A stretch of 64,000 nucleotides of DNA from Veleropilina oligotropha (taxonomy: Eukaryota). Where the stretch lies: NCBI GenBank assembly GCA_048128005.1, contig JBEUKZ010000014.1, positions 62,001-126,000 of the forward strand, written 5' to 3'. Each line of letters opens with the position of its first letter. Position 1 is the stretch's first letter. The notes beneath the pieces were generated by a model that saw only the letters and a program-made list of their open reading frames with translations, made no database searches and was not told the origin of the DNA. Shown here one piece after another: positions 60,001 through 64,000 of this stretch. Both the position numbers and the translations under genes were made by a program.

Positions 60001-61447
60001 TTGCGACGAAACCATGGCATTTATTGGCTAAAATTTTGCGGCAAACATTACTTGATATCGATGCGCACTCACCCTGGAAGATTGAAAAGATTTCGTGGAG
60101 TGCATTGAAAGATACTGCAGAAATGAAAAATTGAAAAAACTTCAACATTTTGTCAAGATTAGGACGCCCGCAGCGATCTTAGCATTGAAAAAATGAAAAT
60201 TTCATTTCCAAGAGATTGTTGTCTCAATAGTCTAGATCATGCCTTTGAAGATTTTGTCTTGATCTCAAAAGCCATGTAAGACTTATATCGTTTTTGAAAA
60301 GAGGTCATTTTTTTACAAAATTGAAGATTACGACCAAAGCATAAAATCCCGAAACTTGAAAATAGACCGAGGCAATGCTTCAATGATGTGCCCAAGCACA
60401 CATGAATTTTGAAAGCTGTAGCTATAGCCGTTTTCGCGCTAAAGTGCCCACAAAAAACGTCAGAATAAGAATAACAAGATATAGCCATTTTAAATTGATT
60501 TCAGTATGGCCGCCGGTTAAATTAAAAATTCAAAAATCCACTCTCATGACATTTTTGACAAGCGACTCTGGCATCCGAATATACTAATCATGTCCCGCTA
60601 GGTTAAATATTAACAAAGTTATAAAAGAAGCTAGTTTATGACGTAATTCAAGATGGCCGCCAGACTACTAGCGCCATGAAACTTGAAAATAGAACGAGGC
60701 AATGCTTCAATGCTGTGCCCAAGCACACATGAATTTTGAAAGCTGTAGCTATAGCCGTTTTCGCGCTAAAGTGCCCACAAAAAACGTCAGAATTATGACG
60801 TAATTCAAGATGGCCGCCAGACTACTAGCGCCATGAAACTTGAAAATAGAACGAGGCAATGCTTCAATGATGTGCCCAAGCACACATGAATTTTGAAAGC
60901 TGTAGCTATAGCCGTTTTCGCGCTAAAGTGCCCACAAAAAACATAAGAATAATAACCGGTACAATTTCAATAGGGCTTCAAGCTTGAAAGAGCTTGAAGC
61001 CCTAATAATACTCCGGTCTTATATAGCGCGTTATTACGCTAGTGTCTCAATGCGCTGAACATTATTACCCCTGGTTATGGGCCTGTTCCACTCGATGTGC
61101 CATCTCAACTCCCTCTGGGAGCATTACAGTCATTTACACGCGGGTAGCGCCGTGACTTACATAACTGCCAACCAGGTACTCATTCAGATCGGCTGGGTGG
61201 ACCGAGGCAAATATATGCTTATTTCCTTGCCCAAGTGAAATCGCCGAGCATTTGGGGTGAACTCGAGACTCTGTGACCAGAGTCCGGTGAACATCCCACC
61301 ATGTGGTTTAATGCAGCGGAAGCGAGTGGCTTTTCCTTCTAGGACATTTTAATATGACCCTTGATCTTTGTTAAACAGAAAAACAATCGATCTTTTCACA
61401 ATTCATATGACTTAACTTTAACTTTTTATACTTGTAGAAAACGCTGA
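1..61447 (+). CDS. UPF2: UPF2 / regulator of nonsense transcripts 2 (5'-partial, 34 coding exons traced in window)
   Basis: Spliced translation gives UPF2 motifs: [122 protein letters not shown]. All exon junctions are phase-compatible. Confidence 0.97.
272..352 (+). CDS. UPF2: UPF2 exon ([27 protein letters not shown])
   Basis: AG/GTGAGT boundaries, phase 0-0. Confidence 0.93.
776..925 (+). CDS. UPF2: UPF2 exon ([14 protein letters not shown]...KKDEK)
   Basis: CAG/GT boundaries, MIF4G-1 similarity. Confidence 0.92.
1286..1546 (+). CDS. UPF2: UPF2 exon ([17 protein letters not shown]...ERSK)
   Basis: Within ORF 1229-1561; AG/GTAAGG boundaries. Confidence 0.93.
3398..5336 (+). mobile_element. 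Helentron/HINE-like non-autonomous element carrying a satellite array
   Basis: SubTIR GCTCGACTAT / ATAGTCGAGC, (GTCGGC)n microsatellite, 3' hairpin GCTGTC-CTTCT-GACAGC, CTTGTT end. Confidence 0.75.
3480..5290. repeat. 165-166 bp tandem satellite, ~11 units
   Basis: Unit starts at about 3480, 3645, 3811, 3977, 4143, 4309, 4474, 4640, 4805, 4971, 5137. Confidence 0.95.
7380..7758 (+). mobile_element. HINE-like element with two ~166-bp units
   Basis: 5' hairpin, 3' hairpin TGTCC..GGACA, CTAGTT end; related copy at 40602-40801. Confidence 0.65.
8788..8919 (+). CDS. UPF2: UPF2 exon ([18 protein letters not shown]...RKILQ)
   Basis: Within ORF 8779-8976; CAG/GT boundaries. Confidence 0.92.
9488..9580 (+). 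CDS. UPF2: UPF2 exon ([14 protein letters not shown]...NFA)
   Basis: TAG/GTAAGT boundaries; KGELS motif. Confidence 0.92.
9944..9983 (+). CDS. UPF2: UPF2 exon ([13 protein letters not shown])
   Basis: TAG/GTGAAT boundaries; DLLDE motif. Confidence 0.88.
10517..10575 (+). CDS. UPF2: UPF2 exon ([20 protein letters not shown])
   Basis: TAG/GTATGG boundaries; restores phase. Confidence 0.82.
10698..11375. mobile_element. MITE (Harbinger-like) with duplicated left end
   Basis: TIR TGCCTATGTCACAAATACA, TAA/TTA flanks; 135-bp tandem duplication at ~10693-10962. Confidence 0.75.
11458..12554. mobile_element. Tc1/mariner-type MITE
   Basis: TA flanks; TIR CAGTGGATTCC; second copy at 21878-23585. 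Confidence 0.8.
14665..14757 (+). CDS. UPF2: UPF2 exon ([31 protein letters not shown]); alternative in-frame acceptor at 14671
   Basis: Conserved EDED.R.FYE.L.DL motif; GTAAGT donor. Confidence 0.9.
14854..14985. repeat. 26-bp minisatellite, 5 units, derived from a SINE-A 3' segment
   Basis: TGTCCTTGAACCTAAAGGTTGGGCAA repeats. Confidence 0.85.
15209..15281 (+). CDS. UPF2: UPF2 exon (ILYKESEH...ALEE)
   Basis: TAG/GT boundaries; continues IPG-ILYK. Confidence 0.85.
15451..15621 (+). CDS. UPF2: UPF2 exon (acidic linker [11 protein letters not shown]...HDVE)
   Basis: Within ORF 15432-15662; phase 1-1. Confidence 0.85.
15725..15989 (+). mobile_element. tRNA-derived SINE family A
   Basis: A/B-box-like head, (CTCC)n tail, TSD CTATCATGATCA. 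Confidence 0.85.
16399..16490 (+). CDS. UPF2: UPF2 exon ([10 protein letters not shown]...[12 protein letters not shown])
   Basis: MIF4G-2 start motif. Confidence 0.93.
16768..16999 (+). mobile_element. tRNA-derived SINE family B
   Basis: TCAACTGGTAGAG and GGTTCAAACCC boxes, (CCAA)n tail; related copy at ~24160-24402. Confidence 0.7.
17297..17382 (+). CDS. UPF2: UPF2 exon ([28 protein letters not shown])
   Basis: Conserved motif; CAG/GT boundaries. Confidence 0.93.
17657..17765 (+). CDS. UPF2: UPF2 exon ([21 protein letters not shown]...FKWH)
   Basis: Conserved motif; CAG/GTATGT boundaries. Confidence 0.93.
17786..18467. mobile_element. TA(TA)-flanked TIR element carrying a HIRAN-like ORF remnant
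   Basis: 25-bp TIR CCGTATTT..TATATCGTGCC; internal - strand VVGHVP...FL..DG...GGLEI.C. Confidence 0.65.
18912..18969 (+). CDS. UPF2: UPF2 exon ([19 protein letters not shown])
   Basis: Conserved motif; CAG/GTAAGT boundaries. Confidence 0.93.
19230..19488 (+). mobile_element. tRNA-derived SINE family A
   Basis: Near-identical to 15725-15989. Confidence 0.85.
20018..20073 (+). CDS. UPF2: UPF2 exon ([19 protein letters not shown])
   Basis: Conserved motif; phase 1-0. Confidence 0.92.
20286..20402 (+). CDS. UPF2: UPF2 exon ([32 protein letters not shown]...YL)
   Basis: Conserved motif; CAG/GTGAGT boundaries. Confidence 0.94.
20712..20897 (+). CDS. UPF2: UPF2 exon (DVMMRKK...[23 protein letters not shown])
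   Basis: Overlaps ORF 20715-20951; conserved motif. Confidence 0.94.
21143..21839 (+). mobile_element. 5'-truncated Penelope-like retroelement (GIY-YIG remnant) with inverted terminal segment
   Basis: Degenerate GVIY...YVGET...L.TR.KEH...KIKESIHI...MNRDQG; ~105-bp inverted repeat 21179-21286 / 21736-21842; 16-bp direct repeat ACAGTAATATTTTATT on the flanks. Confidence 0.85.
21878..23585. mobile_element. Tc1/mariner-type MITE, second copy, interrupted
   Basis: Colinear with 11458-12554; same TIRs. Confidence 0.8.
21894..22080. mobile_element. Small MITE with TTA TSD inserted in the TIR of the preceding element
   Basis: GGGCTATGCCAGT / ATTGGAATAGCCT termini, TTA on both sides; TIR related to 2786-6744. 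Confidence 0.7.
23672..23713 (+). CDS. UPF2: UPF2 exon ([14 protein letters not shown])
   Basis: Conserved MIF4G-3 motif. Confidence 0.92.
23992..24093 (+). CDS. UPF2: UPF2 exon (IAFYTTKCL...[22 protein letters not shown])
   Basis: Conserved motif; CAG/GTGAGT boundaries. Confidence 0.93.
24160..24402 (+). mobile_element. tRNA-derived SINE family B
   Basis: Colinear with 16768-16999. Confidence 0.7.
24699..24758 (+). CDS. UPF2: UPF2 exon ([20 protein letters not shown])
   Basis: Conserved motif. Confidence 0.93.
24955..25093 (+). CDS. UPF2: UPF2 exon ([38 protein letters not shown]...)
   Basis: Conserved motif; TAG/GTAAGT boundaries. Confidence 0.94.
25606..25745 (+). CDS. UPF2: UPF2 exon (..[15 protein letters not shown]...[24 protein letters not shown])
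   Basis: Conserved motif; CAG/GTAAGG boundaries. Confidence 0.94.
25781..28107 (+). mobile_element. HINE-like element with nested insertions
   Basis: 5' hairpin plus GTCC-type microsatellite; 3' GGGGGACTA, hairpin TTGCCAC..GTGGCAA, CTTGTT. Confidence 0.55.
28167..28316. repeat. ~150-bp near-perfect palindrome
   Basis: Arms TGAACTGCAGTTT.GTTGCGTTTATGCTGGTATGAACGCAAGCAGCAATTACAT and its reverse complement. Confidence 0.85.
28797..29002 (+). repeat. DIRS left ITR
   Basis: 28816-29002 is the reverse complement of 36062-36248. Confidence 0.93.
29856..30218 (+). CDS. DIRS gag N-terminal ORF with Cys/His-rich putative zinc finger
   Basis: ATG start; C-x4-C...DKH-x2-C-x2-H-x2-C-x5-C-x2-C; overlaps the main gag ORF in another frame. 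Confidence 0.7.
   Translation: MVRCSEPECNQKIHSFDKHSVCRIHRSCAKRYPCAKCLLLTDRQWALIYPPGTKATRESVSVGLPPEKQTTGKSGLISDSSVSGTRSEPGHRRLQDPPTKPLRFWGKPWKPRRRPRFKTR
30167..32101 (+). CDS. gag: DIRS gag-like ORF1
   Basis: 644-codon ORF upstream of pol; low-complexity N-half, L.RRD..L and P....LFG motifs, basic tail. Confidence 0.85.
   Translation: MGKTVETSPASQVQDQVRGARVLTVSPRTTGLVAASNSAMPASMVHRTLQQTAEQGRLSPSSLSASEEQGTASPSVTSGMPSGILRTAEQVGTVAGHHQGGLRSGPPTTPDSLADGATDPPQGSSLHLGAPSLVGGPADSPDPFGLRLVGADGPAAFGMGMYAGASPVYPLNRAATPTGLWPQSFGSRAPVNTPFGPFSGSNRSSGDVRPWFSYQSGPAARLPCATMSSSDPLAVGSTPVLPVGLSLESVHAMIAAEFEARSRAWLPAVQPPQVSAPLLVAQSTAPASVMEVDPRSDEDVPSDRSDLLESVGPDDSRSQSGLQEPISATRRRHDAVASLRGVLDLPDPARPVGTIKHRTAAHRFAESEAPQLPVLPQSGLVDLVLDQTTRAIQGGKTVETSSLTEFPRGLRRGRYLRPSSRPLPIALSEPCLVAEPAQIDVAMRRLSASQAPSVAKVPWAAMDAFESCARRALRLSSVQDSFLDGAIAVLQEDRPGARETALSFLHEVAAATENNALESARVLGNALLLRRDACLEGTSLDDATRRSLRCVPLSAPTLFGGEFTEFVDKRAVELKDRAIERAVLTTPRGTQPAPSRKRSAPTRGAKASKRARPSRGGPPAQKSSEKKGPPTKSRQSGRGKPSRP
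31995..34175 (+). CDS. pol: DIRS pol: reverse transcriptase, RNase H and DAM-methyltransferase-like domain
   Basis: [55 protein letters not shown] and YAFPP. Confidence 0.95.
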   Translation: MPDLLGVGLRPRNPARRKALQLNPVRAGEGSRHGPRVAGTRDVLSCALPPVGACLLGYSQTWLELTDSSWVHSVVSAGYKLSFNRHPTLSVTPPPRHARLLQGEKQAVLDQAVRDLLLKGAIYPAPPSTPGFYSHFFLVPKPDGRWRPILDLSHLNRYLRTEKFQQETLSKIRAAIRPGDWAASIDLTDAYLHVPMHASAHQYLRFIHGETIYQFRCLPFGLSSAPYVFTRVVQALGAFLHSLGHRVHMYLDDWLILGASRDQCLQSMSVTLSSAKRLGLQINNEKSCFVPSTTFTFLGVVFDTVRYTAKPTEKRIVNLRAVIQDTRSSGIATARQLATVLGHIESVAPLLPTGRMDKRPLQQAFRDRWVQRTGQWTDRIDLRHWFNHSSAVWLNPALPSQSVPISPPEPNAFLYTDASNEGWGGHLDSYETSGLWPTDLQGRHINYLELEAVYLTVRSFSSHLRNKHILLATDNTTVVAYVQHQGGTRSRPLCDRAIDLHRLVMSLNSTIRARHIPGILNVRADSLSRKSQIIHTEWTLHSRVAREVCRRWSQPQVDLFATEFNHRLPLYVSPYPDPAALAVDALSMTWENLIAYAFPPSSILRLVLQKAARDRCEITLIAPLNRTQSWFPTPLDLIVDRPLALPQRPDLLMQPRSRVLHPSSNELRLHAWRLSNDRSLRKDFLALQPSAFTDREDNLHLKSMTTDGSNMWIGVTGGKLIYSVPL
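32153..35089 (+). CDS. DIRS tyrosine recombinase ORF (recognisable domain from ~34007)
   Basis: SGKRVSEI (Arg), [13 protein letters not shown] (HxxR), GYW...FVKHY (Tyr). Confidence 0.93.
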   Translation: MPVRLQPDVARVNRQQLGPLSRECWIQVEFQPASNPIRDTTTKTRSPPSRREASGLRPGSAGLTPKRSHLSRAAQHTRILQPFLPGPETRWPLETNPRSLAPQPLFAYREVPARNTLEDTSGHPSGRLGSVYRPDRCVLTRSDACLGSSVPQVYTRGDDLPIQVPTVRSIVSPLRLHAGSTGPRGLPTLTRAQSTHVPRRLVDSRGVPGSVPPVYERYPVIGEAPRITDQQREILLRALDDVYVPRGRLRHGPVHREADRETYREPTRSYPGHKVIGDSHGATTGHCPGAHRVGSAPATDRTNGQTTVTAGLQGPLGATDGTVDGSYRSSALVQSLVSSVAEPCIAEPVGSHFPARTERLPIHGRFERGLGRSPRQLRDIGPLADGPAGTTHKLSRTRSGLPDSTVLLVTSPQQAHTARHGQHDCRRIRSTPGRHSLASPMRPSNRPTPLSDVPQLDDTSTTHPGNIERPSGFALSEITDNTHRVDATQPCSSGGLPPVVSTPSRSVCNRIQSPTPSVCLPVPGPGRPCGRRVVNDMGESDRVRLPPVVHITTCTTEGSARPLRDNANSASKSHAVLVSDSSRSNRRSTACATAKAGPANATALTGVTPVVERTSFTRMAVIERSLVEKGFSRATALRIYRSRRQSTSKVYDYRWVKYVDWCHRREVNILRPPVNKFIEFITSLFERGLSVSAVKGYRASISTTLKQCRSRIDLSSDRTISDLIRSYELERPISLARPPAWNIILILNALLESPFEPLRNASIRNLTYKTVFLIAFASGKRVSEIHSFSAELRDIRFQSDGSVILRPILGFIAKNQRPGDIAPEVVIPTLSIVGRNDIDRLNCPVRALRYYLDRTRDFRRGKKRLFISYLPNFTRDVSKNTISRWICRTVQQIYSNSNEADRNLIAVRAHETRAISTSLAFRHCLNITSLLQAGYWRNPNVFVKHYLRDFSTGADGLSSVQCVAAQHCITRTSRLNTR
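35897..35985 (+). repeat. DIRS internal complementary region (ICR)
   Basis: First half is complementary to the element's first ~38 nt; second half is complementary to its last ~53 nt. Confidence 0.92.
36062..36291 (+). repeat. DIRS right ITR plus 3' extension
   Basis: Reverse complement of the left ITR, then an extension complementary to the ICR. Confidence 0.93.
37867..38050 (+). CDS. UPF2: UPF2 exon (RYYWFKK...FPIDVD...EYKAKL)
   Basis: Conserved motif; CAG/GTGAGT boundaries. Confidence 0.92.
38020..38540. repeat. ~33-39 bp tandem repeat of UPF2 exon end plus donor site
   Basis: GACTGGACCAGGAGTATAAGGCCAAGTTAGGTGAGTATA-like units that decay with distance from the exon. Confidence 0.85.
39082..39174 (+). 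CDS. UPF2: UPF2 exon ([17 protein letters not shown]...SDEY)
   Basis: CAG/GTGGGT boundaries, phase 1-1, acidic; low-conservation region. Confidence 0.75.
40176..40420 (-). mobile_element. tRNA-derived SINE family A
   Basis: Reverse-complement copy; TSD ACTTGCTGCAGAG. Confidence 0.85.
40602..40801 (+). mobile_element. HINE-like element, same family as 7380-7758
   Basis: Near-identical core and ends; GTCC-type microsatellite. Confidence 0.65.
41270..42258 (+). mobile_element. HINE-like element with ~151-bp tandem array (6 units)
   Basis: GATTTCTTGTG.GCGCTCTACAG recurs every ~151 bp; 3' hairpin CCTCGAC..GTCGAGG followed by CTAG. Confidence 0.7.
42596..42702 (+). CDS. UPF2: UPF2 exon ([10 protein letters not shown]...SPDRE)
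   Basis: TAG/GTATGT boundaries, phase 1-0, acidic. Confidence 0.78.
44080..44157 (+). CDS. UPF2: UPF2 exon ([14 protein letters not shown]...MEDQ)
   Basis: AAG/GTAAGA boundaries, phase 0-0, acidic. Confidence 0.75.
44598..44693 (+). CDS. UPF2: UPF2 exon ([32 protein letters not shown]), GC donor
   Basis: Matches the UPF1-binding region motif KHV.C.ED.DF...DKMM; ends CAG|GCTAGT. Confidence 0.88.
44907..45164 (+). mobile_element. tRNA-derived SINE family A, inserted in an older related SINE
   Basis: TSD CCATAACTGGTGTG. Confidence 0.85.
45403..45632 (+). mobile_element. Diverged SINE family A copy
   Basis: Colinear similarity to 15725-15989. Confidence 0.7.
45691..45772 (+). CDS. UPF2: UPF2 exon ([27 protein letters not shown])
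   Basis: Conserved ES.KV.QLD.A.P motif. Confidence 0.9.
45934..48958. mobile_element. Non-autonomous hAT-like element with 6-bp TSD
   Basis: CAGACCTGC termini; GTATGG/GTGTGG flanks; subterminal TCCCG motifs. Confidence 0.6.
46397..47169. mobile_element. hAT-like MITE with 6-bp TSD, nested
   Basis: TIR CAGTGTTGCCAG; TGTTAA on both sides. Confidence 0.75.
49478..49560 (+). CDS. UPF2: UPF2 exon (DNYDAG...[13 protein letters not shown])
   Basis: Conserved FV..TRKG.KQQ beta-hairpin motif. Confidence 0.9.
49957..54914 (-). CDS. Zator-type transposase, 4 exons (54914-52398, 51968-51802, 51461-51310, 50525-49957; ~1134 aa if the first ATG is used)
   Basis: GT-AG boundaries join four ORF pieces in phase without stops; catalytic region in exon 1; Cys-rich C-terminus. 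Confidence 0.85.
50595..50835 (-). mobile_element. tRNA-derived SINE-like sequence inside Zator intron 3
   Basis: Minus-strand head GGCACCGGTGGGTGAGTGGTTAGAGCGTCAGACT; boundaries approximate. Confidence 0.5.
50880..51110 (+). mobile_element. Penelope-like 3' fragment inside Zator intron 3
   Basis: [29 protein letters not shown]; related to 21540-21790. Confidence 0.75.
52092..52307 (+). mobile_element. tRNA-derived SINE inside Zator intron 1
   Basis: tRNA-like head, (CAT)n tail, TSD TTTCTGCCAT. Confidence 0.7.
55667..55729 (+). CDS. UPF2: UPF2 exon ([21 protein letters not shown])
   Basis: LNVP motif; CAG/GTAGGC boundaries. Confidence 0.9.
55956..56034 (+). CDS. UPF2: UPF2 exon ([26 protein letters not shown])
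   Basis: MK...L.I.ERQE motif; CAG/GTGAGT boundaries. Confidence 0.9.
56017..56490. repeat. ~48-54 bp tandem repeat of UPF2 exon end plus donor site
   Basis: GGAGGAGCATCAAGGTGAGTGGGC recurs in two alternating unit types. Confidence 0.9.
57055..57166 (+). CDS. UPF2: UPF2 exon (EYMAGMNR...[23 protein letters not shown])
   Basis: Conserved C-terminal YQHPKGAP motif. Confidence 0.93.
57485..58989. mobile_element. Tc1/mariner-type non-autonomous element
   Basis: TA flanks; TIR CAC.ACAGCCTCG.TA.AACG. Confidence 0.7.
59072..61005 (-). mobile_element. Helentron/HINE-like element with internal ~157-bp repeats
   Basis: Terminal hairpin AGGGCTTCAAGCT..AGCTTGAAGCCCT; repeats at ~60351, 60678, 60835; sits within an (AAT)n tract. 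Confidence 0.55.
61006..61300 (-). mobile_element. Diverged SINE (possibly Nin/Deu-domain type)
   Basis: GGTACTCATT..GCTGGGTGGAC..CTTGCCCAAG core, degenerate tRNA head, AAT tail. Confidence 0.45.
61438..61447 (+). CDS. UPF2: UPF2 probable terminal coding exon (..KKR*), followed by 3' UTR
   Basis: Pyrimidine-rich acceptor TTTTTATACTTGTAG; a phase-2 join gives GGKKR-stop, resembling the basic GGRRR end of vertebrate UPF2. Confidence 0.7.
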
Positions 61448-63432
61448 TGCCTGCAATGACCAAAGCGATTATGCAGCAAGCCTTCTGAAAAGGCTAACAT
61501 CGCTCATATGGAGAGCGGACGCGAAATATCACAATCAAGTATCCACGCGAACACCTCAGAAGATTCTTATAGAAGCGAGACTGTCGGAACTGATTGTAGC
61601 TGGTGGGGGTCAACGTTCAACTGTGTAATTCCTGCGTGAAATGTGTGAAATGATTAGTAATATTGAGTGATTCTGCAGAGAAATGAAATCGTCAGTCTGT
61701 ATTTAAATTATTAATTTCCGCAAATTTGACAACAATTGAAATGCCCTATAACGGAGAGGGGTGGTTTCTTTCTTAACATTGAAATGTCATAAATTTCAGA
61801 GAAAAAATTGTCGGTTCATTCGGATAATGTGATGGGGATTAGTGAACATCACTATTCATGTGCATCGTTAAAGCTGAAGTCTTTGTTGCAAGATTATAGC
61901 TTGTAGCTTTTTATATTCATTCCAACGGAAACAAGTTTGACTAAATATAAATAATTTTAATTTATTTTAAAACTCAAGTTTAATTTGAGGAGTCAATTTT
62001 GAGTAGCTGTAGTGTGAAGAAAAACACATAATGGTAAAATTTCATTAATTTTTGTTTTCTTCTGATGTTCCATCCTGTTGTGGTCAAGGCTATTATCTTG
62101 TCATTATAATTCCATGGCAGTTGTCAAGCGTTCATTGGTGATAAGTTTGCATGTTTCTCTGAGCTGACCAGTAAGAGTCTGAAAAAAGCATGATATTTAT
62201 ATTTGTCAATTCTCATTCTATAGAATCCGTTGTGATGACACAGTATATTCCTGTCAGTATTATACATCAGATATATTATCACCTCCTCATTTGTATAAAT
62301 ATCTGTAGAATTTGTAGGTTGCCCGCTGGTGCAGTGGATATAAGTATAACTTCTATTTATCTCGCCTGGCTTCTTTAATTCACCTGCAGGAGTGGGTTCA
62401 AATCCTCAGCTAGGCACTTTATACAGTTAACAGTCCATTCACAGTTGTCAATAACTGGCTGGTGTTTTCCTTGGGATACCATACTTTCCTCCACGGTTAT
62501 GTGGACATGCACTGGTATGACCTGAAGTGTTAAAATGAGCCAAACTATAGCTAAGACAAACCCAGAGTTTGTTTTGAGCTAATCTTGATCAGAGAGAGAC
62601 GTTAAAATGAAAACTTATCAATCAACATGAACATTGTTATATGCTATGATTTAAAATGGTGCAATGACAAGTTAGTTAATTGAACATGCAAACTTATTGT
62701 CAAATTAAGCAATGAACGCTGGGATATTAATGTTGAACCTATGTTACACCAGTTCTTTTTAATTAGTATAAAACAAATTAGGACATCTATGTGAGTGTCA
62801 ATGTAAAAGCTAATTGTAAACCAATAAACTGTCAGGAGTGTTGCTAGGGAAAGTTATTAAATAATCCTACGCTCTACTCATTTTGATAGTGCTCCACACA
62901 TTAACCTGTGGTCAATTTGATGTATTTTTCTTTTTGAAGATCCTCTTGCATTTTATAAAATGTTATATGTGATTGGATAAATGCTTTTGAATCGATAATA
63001 CCGAAATCTGTATTTGAATGTAGTTATGTTTACTTTTTACAATCTCGTGCGCATGCGTCGATTGTGCTTTGCTACAACGACTGGTGGTGGCATGCACACT
63101 ACTTTAATTTAAATTGAAAATCTGTTGGTCAGAATGATTACTTGACGTCAATTGACCCAGATACGTGGTATTGTATACATGTTCATACGCCGACACGTGT
63201 TATTGTTTATGTCACCATCGATGCCAAATGCATCAAAAAAATGCATTATATTCGAACTGCTGGCCTTTCCAAAGAGTGACTCCCTCTGACACATGTATTT
63301 ATTCAGTCGATATTTAATATTTACTTACGGCTAAACTAAATATTATATTTTAATAAGCGGTGGATCACCGCAAAAAATTGAAACGATCTTACTTAACGCG
63401 TGACCTCATCCATCTTGTTTCCGAATGACATT

Positions 63433-63445
63433 CTATATATATATA

Positions 63446-63482
<37 letters not shown>
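63433..63482. repeat. (TA)n microsatellite
   Basis: Direct reading. Confidence 0.9.
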
Positions 63483-63485
<3 letters not shown>

Positions 63486-64000
63486 GCAGGACTATTTGCT
63501 CTGGGACATCGCTTCATTCAGATAAACTGAGTGCTTGGAGTGCATTTTATGGTAATCACTAGGTAACCATGTGGTTGCCAATCATTAGAATAAATATTGA
63601 AGCCAAATAAAAAGAAGTAAAAAATGTCACGTCACGAACGAAATGAGGTGATTTGTCTCAAGGCCGGGGCTGCGGTCGCAGATATTGTATGGACATGACA
63701 GGGGCAATAACTCATATGTTCTTTCAACTTTGGAGATTGTAGTTTATAATCGTCAGGATGTATTATTCTTTTATTTCCTTCATTCTGAGAGGTAATTCTT
63801 GTCACAGGTAGTTGTGTTGTAGTAATAATATAACTATTTTCCTAATGATAACATTTTAATTTGAATGAAGTTCTGTTTCTGTGGTTAGCCATATTGAATA
63901 TTCAACATTTGCTTTCACTGAGTAATACAATTTTAATGTAAAAATAAATCGATACTAAGATTTAAAAAAATAAAACAAAAATGTTATCCTGCGGTATCTT

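Overview
AT-rich animal genomic DNA. A mollusc or other lophotrochozoan is inferred from the repeat types (Helentron-associated ~150-166 bp satellites, tRNA-SINEs); this is not proven. The window is spanned on the + strand by the intron-rich nonsense-mediated decay gene UPF2. I traced 34 coding exons with consistent splice phases, starting inside the N-terminal MIF4G region (the 5' end lies upstream of the window) and ending at a stop at 61445-61447. One intron appears to be GC-AG. The introns hold two apparently complete autonomous transposons: a 7.5 kb DIRS1-type tyrosine-recombinase retrotransposon (28797-36291) and a 5.9 kb Zator-type DNA transposon with a 4-exon transposase on the - strand (49625-55486). 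They also hold many non-autonomous elements, including a four-level nest at 1563-8324. The most notable observations are: the DIRS ORF architecture (split gag, and one CCC-TAG-G site where gag, pol and YR frames meet); two independent tandem amplifications of UPF2 exon-end plus splice donor; and a G3:C8 variant hammerhead-like motif in Penelope remnants. No prokaryotic system or CRISPR array is present.
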